Shown here: one piece after another, positions 62,490 to 64,000 of the stretch
Numbering within the stretch: position 1 is the first letter of the stretch
Layout of the letters: each line of letters starts with the position of its first letter
Origin: Rhizodiscina lignyota
Taxonomy: Eukaryota
NCBI GenBank assembly: GCA_010015805.1
Contig: ML978121.1
Span: forward strand, 3,720,001 to 3,784,000
Reading direction: 5' to 3'
DNA: 64,000 bases
Made by a program: the position numbers and the translations under genes
The notes under the pieces: generated by a model
Told to the model about the DNA's origin: nothing
Seen by the model: only the letters and a program-made list of their open reading frames with translations
The model's database searches: none

Positions 62490-63836
62490 ATGGCCAGGAA
62501 CCGAATCTTCAAATCAAGACCGGCCCCTTTCGCTAATCGCGACGATGTTCAAGTGAAGGATGGGAAGATCTATGGGCCTCTAGGGCTCTTCAATCCGACG
62601 CGCGCGCGATTTGCGCGAGTTGTCACCGCGGATGAGGCCGGGCAAACGCCCGCTAGTCAAGTGCAATATGAATGGCGATCCCGTGATAACAGGAAAGGTT
62701 TGTCTGACTTGAACAATTTTGCAGAACTTTGACTATGAGATTGTGGCTAATATCAAGATGCAGGCCGACACGCGCTCATTATCCCGGCCGGCGCGACTGG
62801 TGACCATCTACCACGCCCAACTTCGCGTCCTTCAGCGGTACTCCAGGGCATCGGACGCATGTTTACTACCTTTCCATGGTGGGACGTTTCCTTCCTCGTC
62901 GCATTCTTCTTTTCCGTTGGATGCGCGATCTTCATTGTTTGCGGTCTCTTCTACTGGCTGCCTCTTGTTGCACCGAGCTCCGAGTTCCCGGATGAGGTCG
63001 CGACAGCCGGAGGTGTGACTTCTTTTATTGGAGGCACGCTATTCCAAATTGGCGCCATCTTTCTAGTAATCGAGGCGGTGAATGAAAATCAGACAGGGTG
63101 CTTTGGCTGGGAGCTCCAGCGGGTGCTGTCCAAGCACGGATCCAAATCCGAAAGCGCCAGTCTCCAGTACAGACCCGAGAAAGATAGTTGCCAGCACTCC
63201 CAAGCTTGTCATCAAGGCCTTTTAACGGCTACGCCTGGATCAAAAGTCTCCGATGCTCGTGTTCATCGAAAATGGACATGGTGGCCAACATGGCACGAAC
63301 TCCGGACGCACTACTTCCACGAGATTGGCTTCGTCAGCTCCTTCGTTGAATTTGTTGGTGCAACCATATTCTGGGTCAATACAATTCTTAGCTTGCCCGG
63401 TGCCTTCAACCACCTGAGTCAGGGTGTGCTTTGGGGTTTATACTGGCTGACCTATCTCGTCGGCGGCGTATTTTTCATTATTGCTTCTGGTCTGTACTTG
63501 CTCGAAACTCAGCCGAATTGGTACACACCTGCACCCCACTTGCTCGGATGGCATATTGGCTTTTGGAATATGATTGGCTCGGTTGGGTGGACATTGGCGG
63601 CGTCTTTGGGGTACGTAAACGCTCAGCTCATTCTGAGGCGTTATTGGCGTCTCGCGTAGCCTTATGAACATTATTGCTCACACCTTTACAGGTACTGCAA
63701 TCTGTCCGGTTGCGAATATCAAAGTGACTTGACCTTGATCTGGGCTTCCGTCGCCTTCTTGATCGGAAGCCTTCTTCTGTGGTATGAGGCCTTGAACAAG
63801 TATCCGGTGGAACGAGAAAGGGCACACAAGTCTTGA
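62490..63836 (+). CDS. Conserved fungal integral membrane protein, 3 exons
   Basis: WRSRDNRKG, FPWWDVS, EAVNEN..CFGW, W.WWPTW.EL..HYFHEIGF, LLETQ..WY.PAP and last exon LLLWYEALNKYPV. Multiple TM helices. Confidence 0.85.
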
Positions 63837-64000
63837 AGTCCGCATTGGTAAAAGTTGAAAGATTATTAATTCGATATGTACAATTATTGACGCGCACATG
63901 TAACTCTATGATGCACGTCTAAACTAGGATTCAACTACCATTCTCAAAGAGGAGATTCTCACAATTATCGCCATGTGCATCCAGATCCAAGAGTCCAAAA

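Noticed and set aside
1..64000. tRNA, rRNA, CRISPR arrays or transposase genes
   Set aside because: None recognised by eye; a tRNAscan-SE or Infernal run would be needed to exclude small RNAs.

Overview
Intron-containing DNA from a filamentous ascomycete, mostly accessory in character, with one clear housekeeping gene (RNA polymerase III subunit RPC4). The main feature is a compact secondary-metabolite cluster at about 10.85-27.7 kb. It comprises a highly reducing PKS (KS-AT-DH-cMT-ER-KR-ACP, no release domain), a divergent BBE-like FAD oxidase, two different P450s and a membrane-anchored sulfotransferase-like gene. As given, the PKS has a 1-nt frameshift inside the KS domain. Other notable genes are a GH95 with paired substitutions at its catalytic base residues, a PNP_UDP-NB-ARC-TPR fungal NLR, a frameshifted HET-domain gene preceded by a MITE-like foldback, and a divergent ABM/SnoaL pair beside a Zn2Cys6 factor and a BVMO. 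The window also holds an FMO, a GST, a beta-helix protein, an MFS transporter, a PuuE-like deacetylase, an esterase, a TolB-like protein, a methyltransferase, a copper amine oxidase and a membrane protein. Gene models were spliced by eye and family calls come from motif recognition; no database searches were run.
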